The position numbers and the translations under genes were made by a program. A DNA stretch of 64,000 bases from Spizellomyces punctatus DAOM BR117. Taxonomy: Eukaryota. Location of the stretch: the NCBI GenBank assembly GCA_000182565.2, contig KQ257461.1; one strand, 5' to 3'. The notes beneath the pieces are model-generated. The model did not search any database. It saw only the letters and a list, made by a program, of their open reading frames with translations, and was not told where the DNA came from. Positions 1 to 13,024 of the stretch are shown here, in pieces. The first letter of the stretch is position 1. Each line of letters starts with the position of its first letter.

Positions 1-868
1 AATGAGGCCATCGCGGCAGTCAAGGCATACGTGGATGAACACCCTGACACTGTCATGATATCAGTTTCCGACCACGAAACAGGCGGTTTGTCGGTCGGAC
101 GACAAGGTGATCCGCGCAAGTATCCCGAATACGCTTGGAAGCCTGACGCTCTGACCGGAGTTAAGAAATCTACCGAAGTGTAAGCAGCAACTACCTGTCC
201 CTGCCTGTCATCATGTTTAGTCATTGGTGACTTGCTGATTTATATTTTGTGCTGTTCTATAGCATCGCTCCAGCAATTGTGGCGAAACAAAATGACACTT
301 CTTTCATAACTGAGACCGTACTGAAAAACTGGATGAACGTGACTGACGCTACTACGGACGAAATCGAAAATCTCACGAAGACCACCTCTGTCGGTGACCT
401 TACCAATGCCCTCGGGGACATTCTGAGCAAAAGGGCCCAGTTGGGATGGTATGTAGAACGGCGATCGGGTTCATATTTGATCTATAGTTTTGCTGATGAA
501 CGTTACGATTAGGGCTACCCATGGACATTCTGCCGTTGACGTTAACCTGGTAAGCTCACAGCAGAAAGAACCAATTATATCCTCGCGGTTCTAAAGGCGA
601 GGTTAATTCCTACAGTATGCCTACGGTTTAAATGCGGCTAGACTCGCCGGCAATCATGAGAATACAGAGATCAGCGATTTCATTGTCAGGCAATTGGGTC
701 TAAATCTTGAGGCCATCACCATCAAATTGAGAAGGTATTGTGCAGTATGCCTCGCTCCCTCCCTATCGCATGCTAATGCCGCTTGTTTTCGGAAGCCAAA
801 ACATTGGACAAGCATCTGTACGGCATGAAACGGGACCCTTGAAGATTAGACATTATCATACGGACTGA
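1..868 (+). CDS. PHO8: Alkaline phosphatase (Pho8-like), 3' exons; 5' end lies outside the window
   Basis: Frame 1 reads NEAIAAVKAYVDEHPDTVMISVSDHETGGLSVG (metal-binding DHETGG motif). Spliced exons continue QLGW|ATHGHSAVDVNL|YAYG...GNHENTEISDFI and end at ...RHYHTD TGA (866-868). Introns are GT-AG. Confidence 0.9.
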
Positions 869-1007
869 AGCTTGTAGATGACCAAGTTAGATTATCTTTC
901 ACATCGGACTTGTAGCTTACTCATCATAATATATTTTAAAGACGCATGAAACAGGATGTAGCCAACGTGTGGCCAATAAATATGATCTAATTACAAATGA
1001 CATTCCC

Positions 1008-1566
1008 TCACGCAGGAGGGAAGTTTGGTGGAGGTTCGGTTCGCAGCTGCGAGAAATATTGTATAAAATCAGGGCCAATCAAAGCAGTAGCATTTTCAGT
1101 GGACGGACGTTCGTACCTCCCAAACGGCCCGTGACGGTCTCTCATTTATCTTTTTATCATACTTTGTTTCTTCCCTTTCTCGGATCAAGCGCTATCAAAA
1201 GACCACTGGAATTCAGCACCGCACTAGCTAAATCCCTGACCAAGTGTCCTACCTCTGCCTCCTTTCGGTTCTTTCCCTTCATTCGCAAACAGAAATTGAA
1301 TTCCTCTCGCGCTTCAGAGCAGTCTCTCCAACTTCCATATCTGTAATAGTGCTTGACCTGAGGTAGTACGGCTATAAACGAAGGTGTGATTGGTATACAC
1401 TCCCATTCCAGCGTACAGAAAATCAACGACTCTTACTATAACACAACTGCATCTTATCAAAGGCAGCCCAAACGCTGCAAGTATATTTCTTTGACTCATC
1501 GGCCTGAACAGTCGTCGAGTCAACGGAAGTGGCGCTTGAAGCCGGCGAGTCGATCTGGGTCGTCAT
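1008..1566 (-). CDS. EMI1: EMI1/DUF3128-like small twin-Cys protein (4 exons)
   Basis: Spliced reading MTTQIDSPAS...YTCSVWAAFDKMQLCY|TVLPQVKHYYRYGSWRDCSEAREEFNFCLRMK...|RPSRAVWE|LRTEPPPNFPPA*. The C..AFD...CY, YYRYG...C......F.FC and WELR motifs are typical of this family. Confidence 0.75.
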
Positions 1567-1689
1567 TTGTGATTTGCGAATTGAACTCGTCGTTCTGGTG
1601 AAGTTTTGGGCAGAGGTGACTCACTCCTGCTGAGCACGTGACTTTCCAAGTTTTGGAGGAACTTGGACTCGCTTTCATTCATTTGAACT

Positions 1690-2298
1690 ATGGGTCGCAA
1701 GCAAACAACACAGCATGTCCTTGAGGAATTGCCTGTACCAGGCGATGGACAATGCGTAGCCAAAGTTGTAGAAAACAGAGGAGGTGGCAACTACGTAGTT
1801 CAAGTACCGGCGGAAGTGAATTGGACGGATGAACCCACATTGTTAGTCTCACTACCGTCGAAATTCAGAAAGCTGATCTGGGTCAAACGAGGTAAGGCCC
1901 TTAGGTTTGAAGCAGTTAGGGAGACCGGCAATTATGAATACATGCTAACAAATCTATTCTAGGCAGTTTTGTCATAATACAAAGGGAGGAAGGCAAGACA
2001 AAGATTGCGGGAGAAATTGTCCATGTCCTATTTCTTGATCATATAAAACACCTGAAAGCCCAAGGAATATGGTACTGTTCCAAGTGTAGAGCGCTTTTGG
2101 GAAATTTAGTAAGCTTCCTATAATTTAACTTGAATATTGTCGCTCCTTAGGCCTGCCGAATTTGAACCGAATCCTCCGAGTGCCAAAGATGGGGAGAGTG
2201 ATGAGAGCCAATCCGATGATGAGGAAAATGATGATGATCTGTTTGTGAATCCAAACCGACAGTATGATGAAGATGACGATGATGACGATGACGAGTAA
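1690..2298 (+). CDS. EIF1AD: eIF1A-domain (S1-like) RNA-binding protein
   Basis: Motifs VAKVVENRGGGNY...LVSLPSKFRKLIWVKR|GSFVII...KIAGEIVHVLF..HIKHLKAQGIW|PAEF, an acidic tail with DDLFVNPNR, and TAA at 2296-2298. Two GT-AG introns. Confidence 0.85.
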
Positions 2299-3344
2299 AG
2301 GATGGATTGGAGTTTTCTGGACTTGTTAAAACGACAGCGTCCCCCACAACCCATATCGACCACCCTGCAGTAGCATTACTCGGGACGGAGAAGTACAATG
2401 GGGCTGGTGCCATCTGAACGCGGTCGCATGTAAAGGATAAAGGATAGATTCAGGCCTGTTCCTACGGATGTTGCCTATTAGATGACTTGAGGTCATTAAC
2501 GCATATAGTAATTTATTATCCCTTCAATGATATTGCATAATTGCATACTTTCACGTTCAGGTTACTCAGTGGACATTGACTTTGACAATGATGGAGCCTG
2601 CCATTGAGTACGACAGTCAGTCTCTCACTAACCAAATATGGACGCAGCTAATGTCAAGAAAGGATTGGCACTTGTCAACAGGCAGCCGCACTTTCCAATA
2701 GCTGGTCGCTAAATTTCGAAAATTTCAACCAGTTGGCAAAAAAGAGGGCCGTCACAAACCTACAAATTTAAACTTTAAAGAACATACATCGAGTCGTGGA
2801 ATGTGCACAACAAGACTGGGCAAGAGTGACCGTCCATATACCAAGCAGTCTGTAGATTAGAAGTCTAGCAAAAGTTGAACAATTCGCCCATATAGGCATG
2901 AATGATGGAACCTGCGATGACGGTATATAACATGCTTTCAGGAAGCACAGTACCGTTTCATAGCATGCACTTCGCACCAAAGACCACATACACTTTTGGT
3001 AAGCGTAAAGTTCTGAGACTCAAAAGCCCCAAACGAACGAGAGCAGGGAAAGGTTTAACTTGCACTTGGTCTTAGCCACGTCGCGTTGGCAATCCAAACT
3101 ATGCATTAGCCTCTCAACAGCCCACTGTACTAAAAATCACCATCACATTTGCACTAGGACTACCAACATCGTCTGCAGGATCTGTACCTTCCTAGTAGTG
3201 GGCTGGGCGGAACAGATAGACACATTGCTCGGTGTGATAACGTGCAATTCAAGCGACCAGAAAAGCCTTTCCAAATAGTGTTGAATCTGGGTCGTACTTT
3301 CTGTGCAAGTCGTCCGCGCACCGTCAACATACTCTGCCTTGCCC

Positions 3345-4592
3345 ATGGCTCGACTAACTTCCTCGACAGGAGAAATATCGCTCTCCACGTTTGACCCTGT
3401 TGATAAAGCCAGAGTGCTGGTTGTTGGGGACCCTGGTGGGTGTTCCTTTCAAGCATTCGCGCCAACTGCCTCTCTCGGCTGACGAAGGCAAAACCTGACA
3501 AGGCGTGGGGAAAACTAGCTTGGTACACCTTATCTGTCACGGAACACCGCTTCGCTCACCAGTACACACTGTAGGATGCTCCGTGGATGTGAAGGTGCGA
3601 GTGTGTGCATGTAGACGAGGACTTTTGGTGTATGGCTGACGCAAGATGGGTATGCCAGATCCCAAGAGTATTCTCGCACCAACCGAAGCTATTTCATTGA
3701 GTTTGTGGATGTTGCGGGGTCTTCAAAACAACGCAGCTCACGATCAATATTTTATGCAAACGTGAATGGCATTATCTTGGTGCACGATTCATCCAACCGC
3801 AAATCGTACCAGAACTTGTGGAAGTGGATTGCTGAAGTCTTCAATACAGGATCCTTCAAGGGATCAACCAGCTCGCCGATAGGGAGAGACCCGCCAAGTC
3901 TTGGACGCAGCACAGGTATGCAGGCACACGCATTGTACGGCTATCGGTGATTTTGACACTGGGTTATCGGTTGATGCTCTAGAGTTCGACGTGGATGTGA
4001 GAGTGGGAGAGGCGAGACCGAGCATACCAATTCTTGTGGTGGGAACAAAGGCAGATTTGGTTAGCGATGCAACACACAAGCGGCGTAGCAGTATTGCAGA
4101 AGAATATGGAGGGGATTGCATTGTGCTGGTAAGTGATCTGAGCATGTCTGATGCGCGATTGCCGACAACCTGTTCTTCTAACGCCATTAACATGATCCGC
4201 GCCATCAGTCAGCAAATCAACCTTTGGCGTTCTCCGCAACTGCTGACCGTATCGATGCGTTCCTTACAAATGTCATTGAAACCAAGCTGACCACATCGAC
4301 TCCCTTATCTGGAGGTCATTCGATGGGAAGCCTTAATAGCCTATCCGTCCAAGGATCAAACGGTGGATTCAGTGGGGGAGGGAACCAACTTGGTCCGGGG
4401 TTGGGGTTTCCGAGTACTATCTCACCAGAAATGCAGCGACGACGCATACCGCAATCAGGACTGTTTGGTGGACGACCAACCAGCCCAAACCGAACGTCGA
4501 TTAGCGGCGGATCACAGTTGGGTGGTTATAACGATATTTGGCGGTCAAAGAGTTGGGGGGAGAATATTGGAAGAGGAAGAGGCAGCCGATAA
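3345..4592 (+). CDS. RABL3: Rab-like small GTPase (RABL3 type) with Gly/Ser-rich tail
   Basis: Spliced P-loop [20 protein letters not shown], then [53 protein letters not shown] and [11 protein letters not shown]. No C-terminal prenylation cysteines. Confidence 0.75.
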
Positions 4593-6167
4593 TGTGCTGG
4601 ATCTTTTTGTCAAATATTGATTGCAGAACAAGTATGTTAGATCATGGTCCTTATGATAGCTCTCAGAACATGAAGTCTCGCTTCTTATGGAGGGAAGAAC
4701 GTCGCAAGATTCCGTGGTGCGCTACTACCGCATCGATGAACTAGATGGCTTTCAGAGGCAAGCGCCTGGCGTATACCACAATACTGGTCCATTTTTCGAG
4801 TCCATGATTGGAATCGCTGCCAGTTTATAATCAGCCTGGGTGGCTTGATGGGCAGCGACCAGTTTCCGTCCTTGGGTCATCAAAGTTGTACGAGAGTATA
4901 AGGATTATCCAGACATCGACTATACAGTTTTCCTTTACGATGTCCTTTAGTTTCAATCTGTTTGACCCATTTTTATCGACAATCTTTCGTGGCGACCAAG
5001 CACCTAGGTGCGTTTCTCATGCTGACCTGCAAGTTCCCTCGCCGCAGATGGTGGCGAGGTGTTTCACTAAGGGGAGACCCTCAGATATTCCCAAAGGCTC
5101 GTTGCGCTTGCGAGTCAGCCCCGGCCACATAGTTAGTATGTAAAGTATGTCACCAAAAATTAGGGTTGACCTGTTGAGGGCTGATTATTCCATGTCTACA
5201 AATTAGGCTTCACACTATTTTAAAGTTGTTGCTTGTCCGAACTTGTGCTTACCAAGCGCATGTACACTTTTATAGTCACATGAACAAAACTAGTTTCGTA
5301 GGTGCAAGCTGTTAGCACCAATCACAACCTGGAAGGATTGGGCGAAAAGCCAGTACCGGCATGAAGCAGTTTCCATCAACTTGAAGGTTGTTGTGATTGG
5401 CTGACGCTAGTAAAGGTCAACAAAGATTGGATGGTTCAATCAAAGGGAGAAACAATTTTCATTGCAGTATCACATATCACACGATGCTGTGAAATCGGAT
5501 GTAACGAAAAAGGTTTGGTCACTTTCAAAGGAAGGAATGAACCGCACAGGAAAAGATGACAAGGTGAAAACCACAAAATATGACAATGGAAAACGGCATT
5601 GTGTGCTTCACGGAAACCCAAAGCGTTACCTCTCGCGGATTCCCCAGCAGTGACGCCTAGCTAAGCCACCATGTGATGCGAAAAAAGCGGTCCAAAGTTG
5701 CTGCAATGGTCACCTTTTGTTGAAAAAGGTTGAACAGCAACCAACCGTAGATCGGTCTTTGTCAGGAGAGAAGGGGCGGGGTTTGCTTTCCTTTTTGCCT
5801 TTTGCCTTCTTCTCCGCAGACGGCAGTATACTTACTCTGGTCAACGGGCGGGGAGATGGAAATTGACTTTCTGTCCAAAAAGTGTGCCATTTTCCATAAA
5901 GAGCTTTTCGCCCGCATGTTCGCGTGAAATCTTGCCAGACTTGCAATCTTTTTGTCTTTTCCGCCTGTTAGCAGAGTCCTTTATGAGCGTTGGGCGACTA
6001 TTCATGGGGGAAAGCTATTCTCTGTAAACAACAAATGCAGCTTTATACCTTCTTGCTAAACCAAAGAAAATAACCAGAGTCCTTTTTCAGGCTGCGCAAT
6101 ACAGCGAGGTATCAACTGCAAAAAGTTTTTTCAGATGCCAGATTTCCATCATGTCTAGGAAACGTCA

Positions 6168-6174
6168 TATAAAA
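6168..6174 (+). promoter_or_regulatory. TATA-box-like element upstream of the secreted repeat protein gene
   Basis: TATAAAA about 120 nt upstream of ATG 6292, followed by a pyrimidine-rich tract. Confidence 0.4.
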
Positions 6175-6291
6175 TGGCCTCTCCTCCTGCACCCTTGTTG
6201 CTGGCGAGAACCTCCCCGCTACCCCTCCCACTCATAGACTTATAATAATAGACTTTATAATAGACATTAATTGACCTCTCTATTTTTCATA

Positions 6292-8477
6292 ATGAAATTC
6301 CTTAGCCTCCTCGTAGGAGCGCTGGCACTCGGCCAAGTGTCCGCTGCTCCCGCGCACATCAAACGGGCCCAACCTACGGATCTTGCCGAAGCTCCTGTAG
6401 CCAACCCAATCCCATTCGCAAATCTTCCTTATGCTTTCGGCAAGCAGCCTCCCGTACCGCGCCCCACATACCCATCGGGCAAACCGGTCCCCGTTCCGAC
6501 AAAACCTGTCCCTTCTCCAACCAAAACTAGTACTCCACCTACAACTACTTCCGTAATTACCAAGCCTACCGAAAGTCCCCAGGCATGCAAGGCCAAACTC
6601 GAGCTGTTGTTCAAGGTAATAAACCGTTACCTTGTCTTGAAACAGATTCATGGTACTAATCATGCTGTAGGAGGAACACTCTTTGAGCCTTGACATTAAG
6701 CTTCGCATTGTCGACTTCATCAAGGCTGTCAAGGCGATCAAGATCGATTTTGAGTTTGAGGTAGATTACTAAATGTCTGACTCTGAACACCTCTTCCCTA
6801 TTCTAATTTACCATACCTCAGAAATTCTTCGAGCTTATCGTCAAGAAGGAATTCAAGGGAGACGAAACCGACATTGACGTGGTTCTCAGGTAAATCGGGT
6901 AACCCACCATGTACGCGCTAGGATTCAGATTTCTCAACTGTATCACCATAGCATCTTCAAGGAACTCAAGGTTGAAATCGACCTTCCCCAAGCCAAGAAG
7001 CTCCTTGGCATCCTTGTCGTCAGCGCCGACATCAAAAAGCAACTGCACGTCCTTTTCGAGATCCGCCAGACTCTCATCTCTTGCGGTATTCAAACTGGTT
7101 GGAAGTTTATCTTGGATATTTACAAGAAGGTTATCTTTGATCTCGAACTCGCTATCGAGGTGTGTATTCACATGCGTCTCATTGGCACATTTGACTGTGA
7201 AACTGACCTCCCATATATCAAAGTGGTTCCACAACGAATGTAGCAAATTCAACAAACTCTTTGCTATCGACATTGAAGCTTTTTTCAAACTTGTCTTGGA
7301 GATCAAAGCAGGTATGTATCTCGCTGAGCTTGAAAGATTGCCAGACATCCGAGACTCACTAGACTTTTGAATCCAGACTTCAACTTTCATGATTTCTTCG
7401 CGCGCCTCATTGTCAAAAAGGAAATCACATTTGCCATCATTATTGAAACTTTTAAAGAATGCGGCATCACACAGGAACTGCACGTTCGCCAGATTCTCAT
7501 CAAATTTGCCGGCGATGTAGAGTTGGCTGTCAGCATTTTTGGAAAGCTCGTTGCAGTAAGTCACGTTGTTTTGTAGTCAACATGGGGATTCCGATTAAAG
7601 TGCTGTCTGTCTTTAAAAGTCGATCAAGGCGGTTGGCGTTGATGTCTTTCTGAAGATTTCCCAGCGCTTTGCCTTCAAACTTCAAGTTGCTGTAAAGGAG
7701 GTCGTGCAATGGTTCCACAGCATCCACTCTGGTATCCAGTTGCAAGCATTCATTGTCGTAAGTGGGCATGTATATTCTTACCATTAGCGGTGCGAACGTA
7801 GTCTAATCTTGCCTTTTGTGCAGTACTGCCAATCTCTCAAATTTGACTTTGATGTCAAGCTCTTCCTTGAAAAGATGCTGCAACACAAGGGCGTCTTTGA
7901 TGAAGCCGCTCTTTTGAAGATTTTTGTCGAGCTTGGCATCCAGATTGACGTCAGCATTCTGCGAAAGATTGTAGTCGTTTTGAACAAGGGACAGTTTGAT
8001 CTCGACATTTTCGGAAAGTGGGTATTCATCTTCAACTGGATCGACAAGGTTGACGACTTTTTCGGCGTCTGGGTCAGCGGCATCGAAAAGTTCGTCCTCA
8101 AGGTTGGAACTTTGGTCGACGTGACCGTCGACAACTTCAAGTCTATTCTGGTAGAGCTCCCGCTTGCGCTCTCTATCCAGTTGAAGAAGTGGCATTTCGC
8201 CGAATTTGTTCTTGAGATCCGCAAACTTCACCCTGGCTTTGACTTGCGCATCTTTTTTGAAAACTGGAAGAAGATTGAGCACCGATTCGATTTTGGAGCT
8301 TTCCACAATTTGTTGAAAGTCACACTTGGAATTGATATTGACATCAACGTTTCCGTGCGATTGTTCGAGGTGTTGTGCGGTGGCAAGAACTATGATATCA
8401 AGAGTGCTGTAGCCAACTTTGAACTGATCCGCAAGGGCTTGAACAAACCGCTCAACAAAAACTACAGTACGTATTGA
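6292..8477 (+). CDS. Uncharacterised secreted protein (~580 aa, 8 exons): signal peptide, KR site, Pro/Thr linker, then about 4 hydrophobic helical repeats
   Basis: N-terminus MKFLSLLVGALALGQVSAAPAHIKR, then a PT-rich linker. Seven GT-AG introns (e.g. 6616-6670, 6761-6821, 6890-6951) join into one open frame ending in ORF 7809-8477. Strong TTC/ATC/AAG/GAC codon bias. Confidence 0.8.
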
Positions 8478-8561
8478 CGATTCACTTTTGTCTTTTTTCC
8501 CTCGTGCTGATCCCGTTGTTTCCTTTGTAGACTTTGCCAAACAGTTGGGCTTCTAGATGCT

Positions 8562-8580
8562 TGTGTGTGTGTGTGTGTGT
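8562..8580. repeat. (TG)n microsatellite in the 3' region of the secreted protein gene
   Basis: tgtgtgtgtgtgtgtgtgt read directly from the sequence. Confidence 0.9.
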
Positions 8581-8882
8581 TGTGTTTGCTGTGTAGTTCG
8601 AATATACTTCTATGCTCCTTTTCTTGTTGTTGCTGTGGTGTGTTTTTGTTTTTTGGGTTTTGAAGGGTCAATAATATAAAGATAGCGTTAAGGTTCATTC
8701 CGTTTTGCTGAGGGTTTATTTTGGGCTGAATTTCATCTGTCGATTAAGGCATGTGGCACATGAAAGGGGCTTTCTCGCTTCTCTTGAACGTGGCCCGCAT
8801 TCTTTAAACTACGCACCCCCTCGGGTTTTCCCCCATTTTTAAACCCAAATTCCTTCTTGTCCTTTAGCAAACTTACTCTCAA

Positions 8883-11759
8883 ATGGTCAAGCAACAGTTG
8901 ATGTTTACGGTCGAAGTTCCGGGCTCACCGGAAGTGGCAGGCGAGGGCAAGGTATGGGCATATTCATCACGCTTTTGTATTAGCATCTGAACGTGGATTG
9001 CGGGCAATGTGTAGCCGCGTCGACATTTTCTTCACGCAGACAAACCGTTCGTTGGATGCCCTCCCGAAGCTAGCAACCTCCACGAGAACCTGTTGAGAGG
9101 CGTCAAGCTAAGCGGTAGTCTTGTTGGACCTCCTTTACCGATTGGCAATGCAGCCATTTTAAAGCACCGTGTTGCTCTACAGGTGACTCGCCTTATTTGG
9201 GCAGCCGGCCAGTGACAAATGGCGTTCCGGGCCCTTACGTTTGGTATGCAATGCCGTGGTTTCGCCCTCCAAATGCGTCCTGATCACTCTCTATGACAGG
9301 CAAACATACAATGAAGTACTCAAGCGAGTCAAGAATCTCGGGTGCGTGTGAGCAAATATGCTCTCTACAGACCTTATGTACTCATGTACCTTTTGTCACT
9401 CACCCAGGTCCGGCTTTGCCCATCGCGATCTAGGAGTGGATTCCGCCGTGGGTCTGTTTTCGATTAACCGTCCAGAATGGGTGTGTACAGTCGATTGGCA
9501 ATACGAAAATGGGATTTTTGCTAATGTTCCTATCAAGATCATTGCCGAACACGCCTGCTTCCTCCACAGCTGCATAACCGTCCCCCTCTACGATACCTTG
9601 GGCGCTGACGCCATTGAATTCATTGTGAATCAAAGCGAACTTGGACTTGTTGTTGCAACAAAAGACAAAGCAAAGATCCTTCTCGACATCAAAGAACGTC
9701 TCCCGACCTTGAAACATCTCGTTATTATGGACACACCCGACGAGGAGCTCATCGCTAAGGGCAAGGGTTTGGACGTTGAGGTTATTTCTATCATTGATCT
9801 GGAGCGGGAGGGAGCCGAGAAGCCAAAAGAGGGAACACTACCGACTAAAGATACTATCGCGACGATTTGCTACACCAGTGGTACTACCGGTCTGCCCAAA
9901 GGTGTAATGCTGTCGCACGAAAACCTGCTATCTTTCACCGCCGCGACACGAAGCCTAGTCGACAGCAACAGTGTGTGCAACTACAATAAAGATGATTGCT
10001 ATATTTCATACCTTCCCTTGGCACACGTCTTCGAACGTATTGTGCAAGTTTGCCTCACTTGGGCTGGGGCGCGCATTGGATTCTACCAAGGCGACACCTT
10101 GAAGCTTTTGGACGACGTGGCTGAACTGAAGCCGACCATCTTTGCCTCCGTTCCTCGTCTGTACAACCGAATCTACGATAAAGTTCTACAGGGGGTGAAA
10201 GCAAAAGGAGGCATTGGTGCAATGCTTTTCAAAAAGGCGTTTGCGGCCAAGAAGGCTTACCTTGCTTCAGGCCACACGAATCACATGCTTTGGGACAATC
10301 TGGTATTCAGTAAAGTGCGGGCCAGGCTTGGTGGCAGGGTGAGGCTCATGCTCACCGGTGCTGCGCCCATCTCCGCCGACGTCATGGACTTTTTGCGTAT
10401 TTGCTTTTCTGCGATGGTGATTGAAGGTTACGGTCAAACTGAAACCAGTGGTCAGTATATGATCAATATACGGTCAACATATGCACGTAGCACTAACTTT
10501 TGACATATTACAGGAGGTGCTTCAGTGACTGATGGACGTGACTTGTCATCTGGCCACATTGGGGGTCCCGCACCCCATTGCGAAATCAAGCTCATCGATG
10601 TACCTGAAATGGGTTACACCTCAAAGGATGAGCCTCACCCACGTGGGGAGATCTGTATTCGGGGTACAAACGTCTTCAAGGGGTATGTGATGCTCTTTGA
10701 ACCGCGTCGAAGCAAAGGCCTAATCAATTGGAAACCTCCGTATCAACAGCTACTACAAGAATCCGGAAAAGACTGGTAAGCAGTGATGTCATGCGTTGTC
10801 ACTCGTTCGACACTGAGACTCCTTGTACTATAGCGGAGACATTGGACAAGGACGGATGGTGCCATACTGGAGATGTTGGCCGATGGGATAGTCAGGGAAG
10901 ACTGCAAATCATTGATCGCGTCAAAAAGTAAGACCAAGGCCGGAATTATTGGTTGGATTTCAAGCACATCTGATGCAATTGCTTGCAGCATTTTCAAACT
11001 CGCTCAAGGAGAATACATTGCACCTGAAAAGTATTTATCGCAGTTGATGGAATAGATTATACTTACATTCTCACTAACCGTGTTTTGGGGTTGTTCTTTA
11101 CTCAGGATTGAATTGGTGGTATGTGCAGCAACATATTGTTCTCCAGTTTCTTGATCGATATTCACTGTCCTTTCGCCCCCGATTCAGTACCAGAAGCACG
11201 AAATTGTTGCGCAGTCGTTCGTATATGGTGACAGTTTGCAGGCGACATTAGTGGCCATCATTGGTAAATTTACAGTGGTTTCCACAACTTCTCAGTTCCC
11301 ACTGTATCTTAATGGTCTGATTATAGTGCCTGACGAAGACGTGATCAAACAGTGGGTCATTTCAAAGGGGCTTCCGAGCAAGCCACTCGCCGAGTTGTGC
11401 CAAGACCAGGCCGTTCGAAAAGCTGTGCTGAAAGAACTGGAAGACTACGGCCGTGCCGAAGGTCTGAAAGGATTTGAAAATGTCAAGAATATATATCTGG
11501 AGCCCAATCAGTTCACACCTGAGAGTGGGTTAATGACTCCAACGTTCAAGCTTAAGGTAAATGAGGGTCACATCAGTCCATCACAATTTTATGCTTATGG
11601 AAATCCTTCCGTTACCTATAACCATAGCGTCATGAGGCCAAGGTTTGTTCACATTGTATAGGCAGCATTCCAATATGATTACAATGCTGACTTTGACTCC
11701 CTCTCTAGAAATACTACCAAAAGCAGATTGACGAAATGTACGCGGCGATAAGCTCCTAG
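8883..11759 (+). CDS. Long-chain fatty acyl-CoA synthetase (ACSL/FAA family), many exons including microexons
   Basis: AMP-binding motif [14 protein letters not shown], plus [53 protein letters not shown] and [29 protein letters not shown] at 11757-11759. Confidence 0.95.
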
Positions 11760-12042
11760 ATACGGAAAAAGTTAATTCTCCTGGGGTAGAATCTATATAT
11801 ATATGGGCTCTGGGGTTTGGAGGATCCAAGATTATTTTTTCGAAGAAGTTGAAGTTATTCTGTGTTGATTTATCTGTACGAAAAGACTAGGGTTTTCAAA
11901 GAATATGAGTGTGGTTTCCTAATTTCCAACTATCACGTGTGAAAATAATGGAGCTGCACAGCCACCTAATGCAAGCAAATGGTGGTAACACTTGTTCGCC
12001 TTGCATGTTGAAAAACAATCTACTGGCAATCACGTTGTCACA

Positions 12043-12770
12043 ATGGTTTTCAAATACATTGTAGAGCACATGGAACCAGAGCTGGACGAGTGGTCAGAGG
12101 TGCGTATCTTTTTTTTGTTTGCATTTGCTTTTTGTCAATCTTTATCAAATTACGCCTTTCCAGCTCGAATATGCAAACATTCTCCAAAAAGTTGGTCAAA
12201 ACCGTCTCTACCTCACCCATGTCCATCCCGACCTCCTTGCCCGCCTTCCCGAGCGCATCGGTCCAAATTCAGGAATCATTAGCACAACCAAAGCCGTTTT
12301 GGAATTGGATGAGGTGGATCCTGCCAAAGTGATCTTGTTGGATCCGTCAGCGACCCAGCCTTTAGAACCAAGTGATGGAGAAAACTTTAAGTGGCTATTG
12401 TTTGGTGGGATTTTGGTATGTGTAATTTAAAGTTTCGTATTCTCGTATTGGTGGGGTCTTATTGCTTGGGTGTTAGGGTGACGACCCACCACAAGACCGA
12501 ACCAAAGAACTCCGTAAACTCGGGTTTACGACCCGTCATCTGGGCCCTGTGCAAATGACAACTGATACGGCCGTCATCGTCGCCAAGCACGTCATTGAAG
12601 GCAAGACTCCGTTGGACAAGTTGGAATATGTCGATCGTCCAGAGATACGATTGGGGAAGAAGGAGACGGTCGAGTTGCCGTTTCGGTATTTGGTCAAGGA
12701 GGGGAAGCCGCAGTTGCCCAATGGGTTGCTAGAGTTGCTGAAAAAAAGCAACGAGATCTCGTTGGTGTGA
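12043..12770 (+). CDS. SFM1: SPOUT-family protein methyltransferase Sfm1 (DUF431)
   Basis: MVFKYIVEHMEPELDEWSE|LEY, LLDPSATQPLEPSD, FKWLLFGGIL|GDDPPQDRTKELRKLG..RHLGPVQMTTDTAV and VELPFRY. Confidence 0.88.
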
Positions 12771-13024
12771 GACGTCCAGCACGTTTCAACGTACGAGGTG
12801 GACACCCATATTTAAAACCCCATCAATTATAGACTTTTACACACATCATTACTTTTTATATTGAGGGTGATTATTTACATCTTGTCAATCAACTCAGTAT
12901 CATCTGCCAAATACCAGTGCTGCTATGTCTTGATCCAAATAAATGAAAGTATTTCCAAAAAAAAACAAAAAACATGGAAGAAATTTGACGACCGCAAGAG
13001 AACGCGAGGGATCTCTCATCACGA

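Noticed and set aside
2300-3340. Possible small spliced gene between EIF1AD and RABL3
   Set aside because: Some minus-strand splice-like sites exist, but the joined frames hit stops quickly and show no motif.
6234-6265. Tandem ATAGACTT(T)ATAAT repeat in a 5' leader
   Set aside because: Only about 2.5 short copies; likely slippage, with no spacer structure or evidence of function.
6818-8540. Long minus-strand ORFs (248 aa and 245 aa) opposite the secreted protein
   Set aside because: These are antisense shadows: the strong codon bias of the plus-strand gene avoids TTA/CTA/TCA. Splice signals and the signal peptide are on the plus strand.
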